Positions 43,713 through 53,763 of a DNA stretch of 64,000 bases are shown one piece after another. The notes under the pieces are model-generated. The model saw only the letters and a list, made by a program, of their open reading frames with translations, had not been told where the DNA came from and searched no databases. The stretch comes from Dehalococcoidia bacterium (lineage in GTDB: Bacteria; Chloroflexota; Dehalococcoidia; DSTF01; JACRBR01), in assembly GCA_041494685.1 (NCBI GenBank), contig JBGQBE010000002.1:124001-188000 (forward strand), given 5' to 3'. How positions within the stretch are numbered: position 1 is the first letter of the stretch; each line of letters starts with the position of its first letter. Made by a program: the position numbers and the translations under genes.

Positions 43713-45818
43713 TCAGCCGGCCGCTGTGAGCGGGGCCGCTTGCGACCGCAGCACCTCGCGCACCCGACGCACGAGGATGGCGGAGGTGAACGGCTTGGTG
43801 AGCACCGGCACCGGGTGGCCGCTCGGCGGGATGGGGATCGTCTGGTCGCCGGTGAAGCCGGACATGTACATGATGCGGGTCGCGGGACGCGAGTCGTGCA
43901 GACGCGCCGCCAGCTCGACGCCGCCCATCTCGGGCATGACGACGTCGCTCAGCACGAGGTCGATGTGCCCCGCATGTCGGCAGGCGACCGCGAGCGCTTC
44001 GACGCCATTGCGCGCCTCGAGCACCGCGTAGCCCTGCGCCGCCAGCGCGCGGACGGCGAAGCTCCGCACGGCGTCCTGGTCTTCGACCAGCAGGATCGTC
44101 GCGTCGCCCGCTGCGGCCGCGTCATCGCCGCGCGGCGCCTCCGACTCCACGGCGGGCGCTTCGGTGCGTGGCAACTCGATCCGGAAGGTCGTGCCCTGGC
44201 CGGGCGCGCTGTCAACCTCCAGGCTGCCGCCCGCTTGCGAGACGATGCCGTAGCACGTGGAGAGCCCCAGGCCGCTGCCGATGCCCGCGCCCTTCGTCGT
44301 GAAGAACGGCTCGAAGATCCGCTGCTGCGTCTCCGCATCCATGCCGGCGCCGGTGTCGCTCACCGTCATGCGCACGAACTCGCGCCCGTCCTCGCTGACG
44401 TTGTCCGTGCGGACGGTGATCATGCCGCCGTGCGGCATGGCATCGCGCGCGTTGACGACCAGGTTCAGGACCACCTGCTGCATCTGGCTGGGGTCCACCC
44501 GCACGTGCCACAGGCCGGGTTGCGCGCTCATCACAAGTTGCACATCCTCGCCAATCAGGCGCGAGAGCATCACACGCATCGACACGGTCAGCTCGTCCAG
44601 CAGCACCTCGGCCGGCTCGACGACCTGGCGGCGCGAGAACGCCAGCAGCTGCTTTGCCATCTCACCCGCGCGCTCAGCCGTGGCGCAGATCTCCGCGAGG
44701 TCGTCGCGCAGTGAGCCAATCTCGGGCAGGGCGATCGACGCGAGCTCCGCGTGTCCGATGATCGCGGTCATCAGGTTGTTCACGTCGTGTGCGACGCCGC
44801 CAGCCAGCCGCCCGACGCTCTCCATCTTCTGCGCCTGCAGCAACTGCGCCTCCGCCTGCTTGCGCGCGGTGACGTCGATGCCGACGCCCCAGGCCGCCCA
44901 CCCCGGCACCGGCGCGTGCAGCGACAGGCTGGACCAGGCGATCGTGCGCGTGCTCCCGTCCCTGCAGCGGATCTCCGTCTCAGCGTCGCGGTACATCCCC
45001 TGCGCCGATGTCATGGATTGCAGCAGCGCTGTACGGTAGGCGTCGTCGGGAAAGAGGAGGTTGAACATGTCGTGCCGGCCGAGGGTCTCGGCGGCGGTGT
45101 AACCCGTGACGCGCTCGCACTCTTCGTTCCAGGCTAGCAGATGGTACGCCTCGTCGAACGCGAAGATCATCACCGGCATGTGGCGCACGATGAGCGCCAG
45201 GCGCTGCTCACTATCGGCAAGCGCCAGCGTCGCCATCCTGCGTTCGGCGACGTCTTCGGTCATGGCGATCGTCCCGATCAAATTGCCTTCTCCGTCGAGC
45301 AGCTGCACGACCTGAATACGCAGCTCGATCTCGCGACCCCAGCTGGACCGGTGAGTCGTCTCGAACGTCTCAGAGTGCCTGCCGGCAAGGACGCGCCGGA
45401 AGACGCCGCTGACGCCGCTCTCGACCGCCTGCGGCACCGCCGGCAGGTTGAGACCGATCATCGCCTCCGCGCCGGGGGCGCCGAAGATCGCGACGGCGGC
45501 TGGATTCACCGCGGTGATGACGCCGCTGGCGTCGGTGCTGGTGATGCCGATCGGCGCCTGCTGGAGCAAGAAGCTGCTGGTCCGCTGCAGCGCACGCAAC
45601 TCCGCCGCCGTGCGGCGGTGCTCCTCGGCCTCGCGCTGGAGGGCCCGGGTGCGCGCCTCGATCAGCCGGTTGAAGCGGCGGCCGGTGGCGACGATGGTAA
45701 CGTAGAGGACGCCGGCGCTGGCGGCCATGCCGATCGCGAGGGCGGCGCCGGTATCCCACGACATCGCGGGCAGGGGGATCCGCGCGATCTCCGCGACGAC
45801 GGTGATCCCCAGCTGCAT
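43713..45818 (-). CDS. Hybrid PAS-PAS sensor histidine kinase/response regulator (CckA-like architecture)
   Basis: TM, two PAS domains, QAQKMESVGRLAGGVAHDVNN, NLVVNARDAM, FEPFFTTK, C-terminal receiver (SDVVMP). Confidence 0.93.
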   Translation of the reverse strand: MQLGITVVAEIARIPLPAMSWDTGAALAIGMAASAGVLYVTIVATGRRFNRLIEARTRALQREAEEHRRTAAELRALQRTSSFLLQQAPIGITSTDASGVITAVNPAAVAIFGAPGAEAMIGLNLPAVPQAVESGVSGVFRRVLAGRHSETFETTHRSSWGREIELRIQVVQLLDGEGNLIGTIAMTEDVAERRMATLALADSEQRLALIVRHMPVMIFAFDEAYHLLAWNEECERVTGYTAAETLGRHDMFNLLFPDDAYRTALLQSMTSAQGMYRDAETEIRCRDGSTRTIAWSSLSLHAPVPGWAAWGVGIDVTARKQAEAQLLQAQKMESVGRLAGGVAHDVNNLMTAIIGHAELASIALPEIGSLRDDLAEICATAERAGEMAKQLLAFSRRQVVEPAEVLLDELTVSMRVMLSRLIGEDVQLVMSAQPGLWHVRVDPSQMQQVVLNLVVNARDAMPHGGMITVRTDNVSEDGREFVRMTVSDTGAGMDAETQQRIFEPFFTTKGAGIGSGLGLSTCYGIVSQAGGSLEVDSAPGQGTTFRIELPRTEAPAVESEAPRGDDAAAAGDATILLVEDQDAVRSFAVRALAAQGYAVLEARNGVEALAVACRHAGHIDLVLSDVVMPEMGGVELAARLHDSRPATRIMYMSGFTGDQTIPIPPSGHPVPVLTKPFTSAILVRRVREVLRSQAAPLTAAG

Positions 45819-46074
45819 ATGCGCGCCCCCGGTTCCGCACACCCGCGCGACGGCGGGAATCGTGGCGGATTGGGTACCAGTTACGGCCCTGTCCCACGAC
45901 CTGTCAATAGGTCGCGATCACGAAACACTCACAAACTTCTGGAAAAGATCGTCTCAATACTAAATTACAGTATCAACAATCCAAACCTCGGTTATCGTCG
46001 CCGCGACGCAAGCAGCGTGCGCGATTGCTTCGCCGCGGTGGTTGCTGGTACAACTGTTTCGAGAGGATGACGCC

Positions 46075-46548
46075 ATGGTACACGCGCGCAAGCGGAGCAT
46101 CGTCGTTGAGGGTCCGGGGCTGGCCGCCTGGCGGCTCTTCCTGCAGGCGCACAAGGAGCTGACAAACGTCCTCGCCGCGGAACTGGAGGCCGAGCGCAAC
46201 CTGCCGCTGGGCTGGTACGACGTGCTGATCCAACTCTCCCTGGAGCCGCAGGGGCGCATGCGGATGCAGGACCTGGCGCGCCGCGTCCTGCTCAGCAAGA
46301 GCGGCCTCACCCGCCTCTTCGACCGCATGGAAGAAGCTGGTCTGGTGGAACGACAGTCGTGCCCGGAGGACCGCCGCGGCACCCACGCGGTGCTCACGCC
46401 CGCGGGCCGCCGCACGCTGCATCGCGCCATGCCCGTGCATCGGCGGGGCATCGAGCGGCACTTCTCAAGCCAGCTCACCGAAGCGGAGACGGCAGCGCTG
46501 CGCTCCGCGTTCGAGAAGATGCTGGCGGCGCTGGACGCGCCCGCCTAA
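46075..46548 (+). CDS. MarR family transcriptional regulator
   Basis: YDVLIQL, LSKSGLTRLFDRMEEAGLVER, DRRG..AVLTPAG. Confidence 0.92.
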   Translation: MVHARKRSIVVEGPGLAAWRLFLQAHKELTNVLAAELEAERNLPLGWYDVLIQLSLEPQGRMRMQDLARRVLLSKSGLTRLFDRMEEAGLVERQSCPEDRRGTHAVLTPAGRRTLHRAMPVHRRGIERHFSSQLTEAETAALRSAFEKMLAALDAPA

Positions 46549-46570
46549 CGAGACTTCAGACTCCCACGGA

Positions 46571-47524
46571 TCAGACCACACGGAACGGCAATGGTTCGCC
46601 GCGCAGGCCGGCGAGGCAGTTGTCCACCGCGATCGACGCCATGCGCTCCCGCGTGGCGTGGCTGGCGCTGCCGATGTGCGGCAGCAGCGTCACGTTCGGC
46701 GCGCGCAGCAGCGCGTCGCCCGGCGGCACCGGCTCCACCTCCGCCACGTCCAGCCCGGCAGCGGCGATCCAGCCCTGCTCCAGCGCGCGCACCAGCGCCG
46801 CTTGGTCGATGACGCCGCCGCGCGCTGTGTTCACCAGCACGGCGGTCCGCTTCATCGCGCGCAGCTGCCGCTCGCCGATCATGCGCACGGTCTCCGGCGT
46901 CAGCGGCACGTGCAGGCTGACGAAGTCCGACTCGCGCAGCAGCGCGTCGAGCGGCACGCGCTCCGCGGCCAGGCCCGGCTCCGGCGCGGCATCGTGCCGG
47001 CCGGCGTACAGGACCCTCATGGCGAACCCCTGCGCGCGACGCGCCACGGCGCGCCCGATCTGCCCGAAGCCCACGATGCCCAGTGTCGCGCCGTGCACGT
47101 CGTGCCCCAGCAGCAGGTTGGGGTCCCACGTCTGCCAGCGGCCGTCGCGCACGAAGCGCTCCGCCTCGACGATGCGGCGTGCCGCCGTCAGCAGCAGCGC
47201 GAAGGCGAGGTCAGCGGTAGTTTCGGTGAGCACGCCGGGCGTGTTGCCAACGGCGATCCCGCGCGCCGCCGCCGCCGCCACGTCGATGTTGTCGTAGCCG
47301 ACCGCGACGTTGGCGACCACGCGCAGCCGCGGCGATCCGGCGATCAGCGCCGCGTCGATTCGGTCGGTGAGCAGCGAGATGGCGCCCTCCGCCCCGGCGC
47401 AGCGGCGGCGCAGTTCGTCGTACGGCGGCGGCAGATCGCCGGGCCAGAGGTCGACGTCGGCGGCGCGGGCGAGGCGGTCGAGCGCATCGCCGGGGAGTCT
47501 GCGTGTGACGAAGACGCGCGGCAT
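46571..47524 (-). CDS. D-glycerate/glyoxylate reductase (D-2-hydroxyacid dehydrogenase)
   Basis: VGYDNID, GFGQIG, NTARG, LPHIGSA. Confidence 0.92.
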   Translation of the reverse strand: MPRVFVTRRLPGDALDRLARAADVDLWPGDLPPPYDELRRRCAGAEGAISLLTDRIDAALIAGSPRLRVVANVAVGYDNIDVAAAAARGIAVGNTPGVLTETTADLAFALLLTAARRIVEAERFVRDGRWQTWDPNLLLGHDVHGATLGIVGFGQIGRAVARRAQGFAMRVLYAGRHDAAPEPGLAAERVPLDALLRESDFVSLHVPLTPETVRMIGERQLRAMKRTAVLVNTARGGVIDQAALVRALEQGWIAAAGLDVAEVEPVPPGDALLRAPNVTLLPHIGSASHATRERMASIAVDNCLAGLRGEPLPFRVV

Positions 47525-48762
47525 CACACGTGCTGGAGCACGTCGTCGGCCGGCGGCGCGGGCGCCTGCTCGGCGCGCTGGCGCGCGGCGCGGCGGGCGG
47601 CCGCCTCCATGGCGGAGAGCTGCGCCAGCGCCTTGCGCGTGTCGGAGGCGACGCGCGCCGGCTCCTGGTTCTTCACGCGGTACTTGAACAGCCAGTAGAG
47701 GAACTCGCGCAGCTCCGACAGCGCGATGTGCGCGGAGTGCGGAAGCCCCGCCTCGTCGCGGAACTCGCGCAGCAGCACCGCGCGCGGCTGTCCGTAGACG
47801 CGCTCGTACACCGGGTCGATTTGCGCCTCGTCGGCGCGCGGATCCTTGATCGAGACGTTGAGCTTCTCCTTCGACACCTCCAGCTCAACGGCGTACTGCA
47901 GCGCCTCCTCCACGATCACGCCGTACACGTAGTTGAGGTGGGCGCGGTGCTTCGTCTCGCCGATCGCTTCGCGCAGCAGCTCGTCGGTGACGCGGCGCGG
48001 GCCGTCGGGCGCCGCCGCATCAGCGGGCGCGTGCGCGGTGAAGAGCAGCCGCTCCGCCTCGTCGCTCGGGATCAGCGCCGGCGCTTCGTCGATCAGGCGC
48101 TCGGCGAGCAGCAGCCAGTCGAACGCCTCGCCGCCGATGAGGTAGCGGTACTCGCGCCCGGCGAAGGTCTCCTGCGGCTGCTCCCACAGCGCGATCGCAC
48201 GCATCAGCGCGTCGAACCAGGCGTCGCCCGCCTCGAGCGCCGCCACGAAACTCTCGACTGGCGCGGCGTCTTCCGCGCCGTCGGCGTCGCCGTGCAGGTA
48301 GCGCCCGTAGATCGGCGACGTGAAGAAGTCCGTCAGCACGTCGCGGTGGTTATAGGCGACGGCGAGGTCCGGCAGCTCGTGCGGCGCAAAGAAGCGCAGC
48401 TCGCGACCCTCGCCGCACACCATCTCCCCGGCCGGCGTCTGGCAGAGCGCGTGGAAGAGGTACAGCTCGTAGTCGGCGCCGCGCTTCGTGCTGCCGCGCG
48501 CGCCAGTGGCCGTTTCGGCGAAGTAGTAGGCACGGAACGGCTCGATGCGGCCGAGCGTGATGCCCGTCTCCTCGGTGATCTCGCGGCGGGCGGTGTCTTC
48601 GGGCGTCTCGCCGGGGTCGGCGGCGCCGCCGGTGATGCCCCAGTGCCCGGGAAACATGATCTTCGGGTCGTCGTCGCGCAGCTGCAGCAGGACGCGGCCC
48701 AGCGCGTCGACGAGGATGACGCCGGCGCTGATCTTGCGCGGTACGGAGCGTGGTCCAGCCAT
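47524..48762 (-). CDS. NUDIX hydrolase fused to an uncharacterised helical domain
   Basis: Nudix box GGAADPGETPEDTARREITEETG plus a C-terminal domain (YLIGGEAFDWLLLAERL...FLYWLFKYRV). Confidence 0.82.
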   Translation of the reverse strand: MAGPRSVPRKISAGVILVDALGRVLLQLRDDDPKIMFPGHWGITGGAADPGETPEDTARREITEETGITLGRIEPFRAYYFAETATGARGSTKRGADYELYLFHALCQTPAGEMVCGEGRELRFFAPHELPDLAVAYNHRDVLTDFFTSPIYGRYLHGDADGAEDAAPVESFVAALEAGDAWFDALMRAIALWEQPQETFAGREYRYLIGGEAFDWLLLAERLIDEAPALIPSDEAERLLFTAHAPADAAAPDGPRRVTDELLREAIGETKHRAHLNYVYGVIVEEALQYAVELEVSKEKLNVSIKDPRADEAQIDPVYERVYGQPRAVLLREFRDEAGLPHSAHIALSELREFLYWLFKYRVKNQEPARVASDTRKALAQLSAMEAAARRAARQRAEQAPAPPADDVLQHV

Positions 48763-48851
48763 GATTGCCGTGTGTGCCGCGCCCGCGACTATGCGGCCGC
48801 AACATACCAGTATAGCAATCGGCATCGGCGCGCCGGTGTTGACCCCTGCGC

Positions 48852-49766
48852 CTACGCCCCGCCGCGCGCCAGTCGCATCATCTCGTCGTACAGATCCGTC
48901 GCGGCGAACTGCGCGATCAGCGTCCGCAGCGCGGGCACGGTTCGTTCCGGCAGCGCGCCCGGCGCGAACGCCGCCATGCCCTGCCCCTCGCGCAACTCCA
49001 GCGCCGAGAGCGGCGCGTCGAGCGGCGCGGCGTAGACGTAGATGAGCTGCCGCCGCGCGTCGCCGGCTTCGAGCGTGCGGAACGGCACGCCGTCGTACAG
49101 GGCCACGCAGCGCGGCTGCCAGCACAGCTCCTCGCGCAGCTCGCGCAGGAAGCCCTCTTCCGGCGTCTCCCGCTGGTCCGTCTCGTGCGGCTCCACGCGG
49201 CCGCCGAACGAGCCCCACAGCCCCGGATGCGCGATCTCCGGCTTGTCGTCGCGGTGCTGCAGCAGGAAGCGGCCCTCCGCATCGACGATCAGCCCCGTCG
49301 TGCTGAGCCAGTCCCACGCGCGGCGCACCCGGCCGTAGGCGCGCGAGCGTGCGAACTCTTCGATTACCGGCACCAAGCCTGGCACGATCGCGGCAGGCAA
49401 CGCGCCGGGCGCGAACAGCGCCATCGCCTGGCCCTCGCCGAGCGTCAGCGCTTGCGGCGGCACGTCGAGGTGCGCGGCGAAGACATGCGAGACGACGCGC
49501 TCGCCGTAGCCCTTGTCTCCCGGCAGCGGCGGCACGTAGGCGGAGAGATAATGCTCGAAGTGGCGCGGCCGCCAGGACAACTCTTCGCCCAGTTCGCGCA
49601 GGAACGCGGCGCTCAGCGCCTCGCCCGGCTCGGCGTGGCCGCCGAAGAGCCCCCACAGCCCCGCGCCGCTGACGCCCGGCTTGTCGTCCCGGTGCTGCAG
49701 CAGAAGGCGGCCGTCCGACGCGGCGATCAGTCCGACGGCCACCTGTTCGAAGTCATTGCCCCTCAC
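48852..49766 (-). CDS. Tandem double-NUDIX protein
   Basis: Two LLQHRDDKP...WGxFGG...FLRELxEEL repeats. Start codon uncertain. Confidence 0.82.
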   Translation of the reverse strand: MRGNDFEQVAVGLIAASDGRLLLQHRDDKPGVSGAGLWGLFGGHAEPGEALSAAFLRELGEELSWRPRHFEHYLSAYVPPLPGDKGYGERVVSHVFAAHLDVPPQALTLGEGQAMALFAPGALPAAIVPGLVPVIEEFARSRAYGRVRRAWDWLSTTGLIVDAEGRFLLQHRDDKPEIAHPGLWGSFGGRVEPHETDQRETPEEGFLRELREELCWQPRCVALYDGVPFRTLEAGDARRQLIYVYAAPLDAPLSALELREGQGMAAFAPGALPERTVPALRTLIAQFAATDLYDEMMRLARGGA

Positions 49767-49776
49767 CGGGTTGCGG

Positions 49777-51159
49777 TCAACGGCGGCGCGTCGCCGCCGC
49801 GACGGCCTTCGCCGGCGCGCGGCGCGCGGGCGCCCTCTTCGCGCCGGCCTTCTTCTTCGCGCCGGCGGCATCGCGCTTGCCGATGGCCACGTAGGAACGG
49901 CCGCGGAACCCCGTGTACACCTGGCGCGGCCTCGCGATCTTCTGCTCAGTGTCGGTGATCATCTCGCGCCACTGCGCCACCCAGCCCGCGGTGCGCGGGA
50001 TGGCGAAGAGCACCGGGAACATCTCGACCGGGAAGCCCAGCGCCTGGTAGATGATGCCGGAGTAGAAGTCCACGTTCGGGTACAGCTTGCGCGAGACGAA
50101 GTACTCGTCCTGAAGCGCGATGCGCTCCAGCTCCAGCGCGATCTCCAGCATCGGATTCTTGCCGGTGAGGTCGAAGACCTCCTCCGCTGTGCGCTTGATG
50201 ATCTTCGCGCGCGGGTCGTAGTTCTTGTAGACGCGGTGGCCGAAGCCCATCAGCCTGCCTTCGCCGTTCTTGAACTTCTTGATGAACTCCGGCACGCGCT
50301 TCTTGTCGCCGATCTCCTGCAGCATCCGCAGGACCTCTTCGTTCGCGCCGCCGTGCAGCGGACCGTAGAGCGCGGCCGCCGCCGCCGCAGTCGCGCTGAA
50401 CGGGTCCGGCCGGCTGCTGCCCACGGCGCGCATGGCGTTCGCGCTGCAGTTCTGCTCGTGGTCCGCGTGCAGGATGAACAGCACGTCGATCGCGCGCTCC
50501 AGCGTGGGGTTCGGCTTGTACTTCGGCTCGGACATCTTCCAGAGCATGTTCAAGAAGTTGCCGGGAAAGGAGAGGTCGTTGTCCGGATAGACAAACGGCA
50601 TGCCGCGGCTGTGGCGGTAGGCGAACGCCGCGATCGTCGGGATCTTCGCGATCAGGCGCCACGTCTGCACTTCGCGCGACTCGGGATCGTCGACGTTGCG
50701 CGCATCCGGATAGTACGTGCTCAGCGCGCCGATCGTGCCGACAAGCGTGCCCATCGGGTGCGCGTCGTAGTTGAAGCCGTCGACGAACTTCTTGATGTTC
50801 TCGTGGACCATCGTGTGATAGGTGATGTTGTGCGTCCACTTCGTCAGTTGCGCTGCCGTCGGCAGCTCGCCGTAGACGATCAGGTACGCCGTCTCCAAGT
50901 ACGTGCTCTTCTGCGCCAGCTGCTCGATCGGGTAGCCGCGGTACTCGAGAATCCCCTTGTCGCCGTCGATGAACGTGATGGCGCTGCGGCACGACGCGGT
51001 GTTCGTGAACGCCGGGTCGTAGCTCATCAGCCCGAAGTCGCCGCCGCCCGTGCTGATCTGGCGCAGATCCATCGCGCGGACCGTGCCGTCCTTGATCGGG
51101 AGCTCGTACGACTTGCCGGTGCGGTTATCAGTGACTGAGAGGGTGTTGCGCGGTGCCAT
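49777..51159 (-). CDS. gltA: Citrate synthase with a basic C-terminal tail
   Basis: YRGYPIEQL, HADHEQNCS, GPLHGGANE, MGFGHRVYK, YPNVDFYSG. Confidence 0.96.
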   Translation of the reverse strand: MAPRNTLSVTDNRTGKSYELPIKDGTVRAMDLRQISTGGGDFGLMSYDPAFTNTASCRSAITFIDGDKGILEYRGYPIEQLAQKSTYLETAYLIVYGELPTAAQLTKWTHNITYHTMVHENIKKFVDGFNYDAHPMGTLVGTIGALSTYYPDARNVDDPESREVQTWRLIAKIPTIAAFAYRHSRGMPFVYPDNDLSFPGNFLNMLWKMSEPKYKPNPTLERAIDVLFILHADHEQNCSANAMRAVGSSRPDPFSATAAAAAALYGPLHGGANEEVLRMLQEIGDKKRVPEFIKKFKNGEGRLMGFGHRVYKNYDPRAKIIKRTAEEVFDLTGKNPMLEIALELERIALQDEYFVSRKLYPNVDFYSGIIYQALGFPVEMFPVLFAIPRTAGWVAQWREMITDTEQKIARPRQVYTGFRGRSYVAIGKRDAAGAKKKAGAKRAPARRAPAKAVAAATRRR

Positions 51160-51448
51160 GGCCGAGGCCTCCATCTATGGCCGCCAGGCGGCGGCGCGTC
51201 TGAAGTCTGCCACCCGGCGCGGGGTGCGGGATGGCGCTGGGACGCTCCCCCCCGGGGGAGCCAATGCGTACATCGAGCATATCAGGAACGCCCCTTCCAC
51301 TCCTATATCGGACGGTAGGCGCGATACCGCCACCTTCGAAGCTCCAGCGGTACAGCCGCCGCGCCGATAGCGGGACGAGAGGCCCGAACGGGGAGGAAGA
51401 CCCGCACCTGGCTTCGAGGCACCCCCGCCGGCGTCCCCGTTCCGCTGG

Positions 51449-52117
51449 CTACCCCGCCACCAGCTCCAGCGGGAAGTCGTGCAGCGACGCGATGATGCGC
51501 TCGATGCCGGGCATCGGCGGCGCGGCCGTCGCCGTCGCGCGCAGCTGGATGACGTGCGCGCCCGACCGCAGCGCCGATGTCAGCCCGTTCGTGCTGTCCT
51601 CGACCGCCACGCACTGCTCCGCCGCGAAGCCGAGCTTGCGTGCCGCCAGCACGTACGGCGCCGGGTCGGGCTTCGTCGCCTCGACCATGTCGGCGGTGCT
51701 GTAGGCGTCGAACAGCCCCTCCAGCCCGGCCGACGGCAGGATCGCATCGACCCAGCGGCTGTACGACGCGGTGCAGAGCGCGACCGGCACGCCGCGCTCG
51801 CGCAGCGCCAGCAGCAGTTCGCGCGCGCCGGGCAGCGCCGGCCGCGGCTGGCGGAGCCGCGCCATCAGCGGCGCCTCGTACGCCTCCAGCACCGCGTCCG
51901 GCGTCACGGGCATGTGCTTGTACGCGATCATCCGCGTCCACATCGCGGGCGTCGCCATGCCGATGAACGACTGGTAGTCGTCGATGGAGACGTGCTGGCC
52001 GTAGCGCGCGAGGACGTCGTTGACGGCGGCGTGGAACGCCGGCTCGCTGTCGGTCAGCACGCCGTCCATATCGAAGAGCACCGCGCGGTACGGCGCGGCG
52101 TTGGGGTGGGCCGGCAC
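51449..52117 (-). CDS. HAD family phosphatase
   Basis: FDMDGVLTDSE, KPDP, VEDSTNG. Confidence 0.92.
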   Translation of the reverse strand: MPAHPNAAPYRAVLFDMDGVLTDSEPAFHAAVNDVLARYGQHVSIDDYQSFIGMATPAMWTRMIAYKHMPVTPDAVLEAYEAPLMARLRQPRPALPGARELLLALRERGVPVALCTASYSRWVDAILPSAGLEGLFDAYSTADMVEATKPDPAPYVLAARKLGFAAEQCVAVEDSTNGLTSALRSGAHVIQLRATATAAPPMPGIERIIASLHDFPLELVAG

Positions 52118-52686
52118 TACGTGCGGTTGAACTCGGTGTAGGCGCGGCTGGGCGTGGGGCTCATCTGCCCCTGGTACTTGCTGTGCAGCTCCGGGCTGCC
52201 GTACGGCCGGTCCACGGGCGTGGACATGCGCAGGAAGCTGAGCTGGCCGATCTTCATGCCCAAATGCAGCGCGATCGGCATCTTCGCCACGTTCGACAGC
52301 TCCAGCGTCAGCTTGCCGTGCCAGCCGGGGTCGACGAACCCCGCCGTCGCGTGGATCAGCAGGCCGATGCGGCCGAGCGAGCTCTTGCCCTCGACCTGCG
52401 CCAGGATGTCGTCGGGCAGCGTCAGCACCTCCAGCGTGCTGGCCAGCACGAACTCGCCGGGGTGGATGAAGAAGGGCCGCTGGTCGTCGATCACCACCTC
52501 GTCGGTCAGGTCGTCCATCGGCTCGCGCACGTCGATGTACGGCCGGCTGCTCACCTTGAACACCCGGAAGACGCGGTCGATGTGCACGTCCACGCTGGCC
52601 GGCTGGATATCGTCCGGATGCAGCGGGTCGATGACCAGCCGCCCCTTCGCCAGTTCTTCCTTGATCGTCCGGTCGCTCAGCACCAT
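52117..52686 (-). CDS. dcd: dCTP deaminase
   Basis: IQPASVD, EGKSSLGRIGL, DPGWHGKLTLEL, SKYQGQ. Confidence 0.95.
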   Translation of the reverse strand: MVLSDRTIKEELAKGRLVIDPLHPDDIQPASVDVHIDRVFRVFKVSSRPYIDVREPMDDLTDEVVIDDQRPFFIHPGEFVLASTLEVLTLPDDILAQVEGKSSLGRIGLLIHATAGFVDPGWHGKLTLELSNVAKMPIALHLGMKIGQLSFLRMSTPVDRPYGSPELHSKYQGQMSPTPSRAYTEFNRT

Positions 52687-52805
52687 ACCGGCACAGGGTA
52701 CCCGCCGCGCCCGGCGCGGACTAGAGAGCTCTTGGCGGATAGCAATTAGCTGCACCGCGCCAGAGGCTGATCACTCGTCCGGAGGTCGCTGCGCCGATCT
52801 CGCAC

Positions 52806-52852
52806 ACTCGATGGTCCCTTCCCGCGTCGGGAAGGGGTAAGAAGGTTAGGTA
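52806..52852 (-). repeat. REP-like palindromic intergenic element, copy 2
   Basis: Minus strand ACCTAACC..CCCCTTCCCGACGCGGGAAGGGACCATCGAGT. Confidence 0.6.
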
Positions 52853-52953
52853 CCCCGACGGGCCATCCGGCCGTTCCCCTGCCTCGGAGCGCCGTTGACG
52901 CGACGCGCCACCGGATCGATCATGAACTGCTGCATTGAACTCGGAGGTGACGC

Positions 52954-53760
52954 ATGACTGACCGCTTCAAGGACCAGGTGGTAATCGTGACCGGCGGCGG
53001 GCGCGGCATCGGCCGGGCGACCGCACTGGAGTTCGCGGCGGAGGGCGCGACGCTGCTGCTGGGCGGCCGCCGCATGGACGCGCTGCGCACCGCGGCCGAG
53101 GAGTGCCGCAGCGCCGGCGGCCGCGCCGAGGCCGTGCGCTGCGACGTGGCGGTGGACGAGGAGCTGCAGGGGATCGTGCAGACGGCGCTGGACCACTACG
53201 GTCGCATCGATGTGCTGGTCAACAACGCCGGCGTCGTCGCCGGCGGCCGGCTGGACGAGATCGACGCGGACGACGTGGGCCGCATGGTGGGCGTGAACGT
53301 CTGGGCGCCGATCCGCCTGTCGCAGCTGGTCGTGCCGCACATGCGCGAAGCGAAGAGCGGGACGATCGTCAACATCTCGTCCCTCGCGGGGCGCGTCGGC
53401 GTGCCGTACTACGCGACATACTGCGCCAGCAAATTCGCGATGCGCGGCTTCAGCGAGTCGCTGCGGCGCGAGCTGGCGCCGGACGGCGTGCACGTCATGG
53501 CCGTGTTCCCCGGCGGCACCGCTACCGACATGCTGGAGAACGTCGAGTTCGACAGCTTCGGCGTCACGATCGCGACGGCGCAGCAGGTGGCCGCCGCGAT
53601 CGTGCGCGGTGTGCGCTGGCGTCAGCCGGAAGTCTTCATCGGGCTCGGTGAGTCGATCGTCTCGCGCTGGAACGACGTGATGCCGTGGACCGTCGACCTG
53701 GGCATGGGCATATTCCGCCAGCGCTTCAAGGAAGCGGTGCAGCACCAACGGACGACGTAG
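52954..53760 (+). CDS. SDR family oxidoreductase
   Basis: TGGGRGIG, NNAG, YCASK. RBS GGAGGT. Confidence 0.93.
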   Translation: MTDRFKDQVVIVTGGGRGIGRATALEFAAEGATLLLGGRRMDALRTAAEECRSAGGRAEAVRCDVAVDEELQGIVQTALDHYGRIDVLVNNAGVVAGGRLDEIDADDVGRMVGVNVWAPIRLSQLVVPHMREAKSGTIVNISSLAGRVGVPYYATYCASKFAMRGFSESLRRELAPDGVHVMAVFPGGTATDMLENVEFDSFGVTIATAQQVAAAIVRGVRWRQPEVFIGLGESIVSRWNDVMPWTVDLGMGIFRQRFKEAVQHQRTT

Positions 53761-53763
53761 CCC

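Noticed and set aside
48763..49656. 710-aa ORF extension upstream of the NUDIX fusion
   Set aside because: It overlaps the double-NUDIX gene in another frame and has non-coding-like composition.
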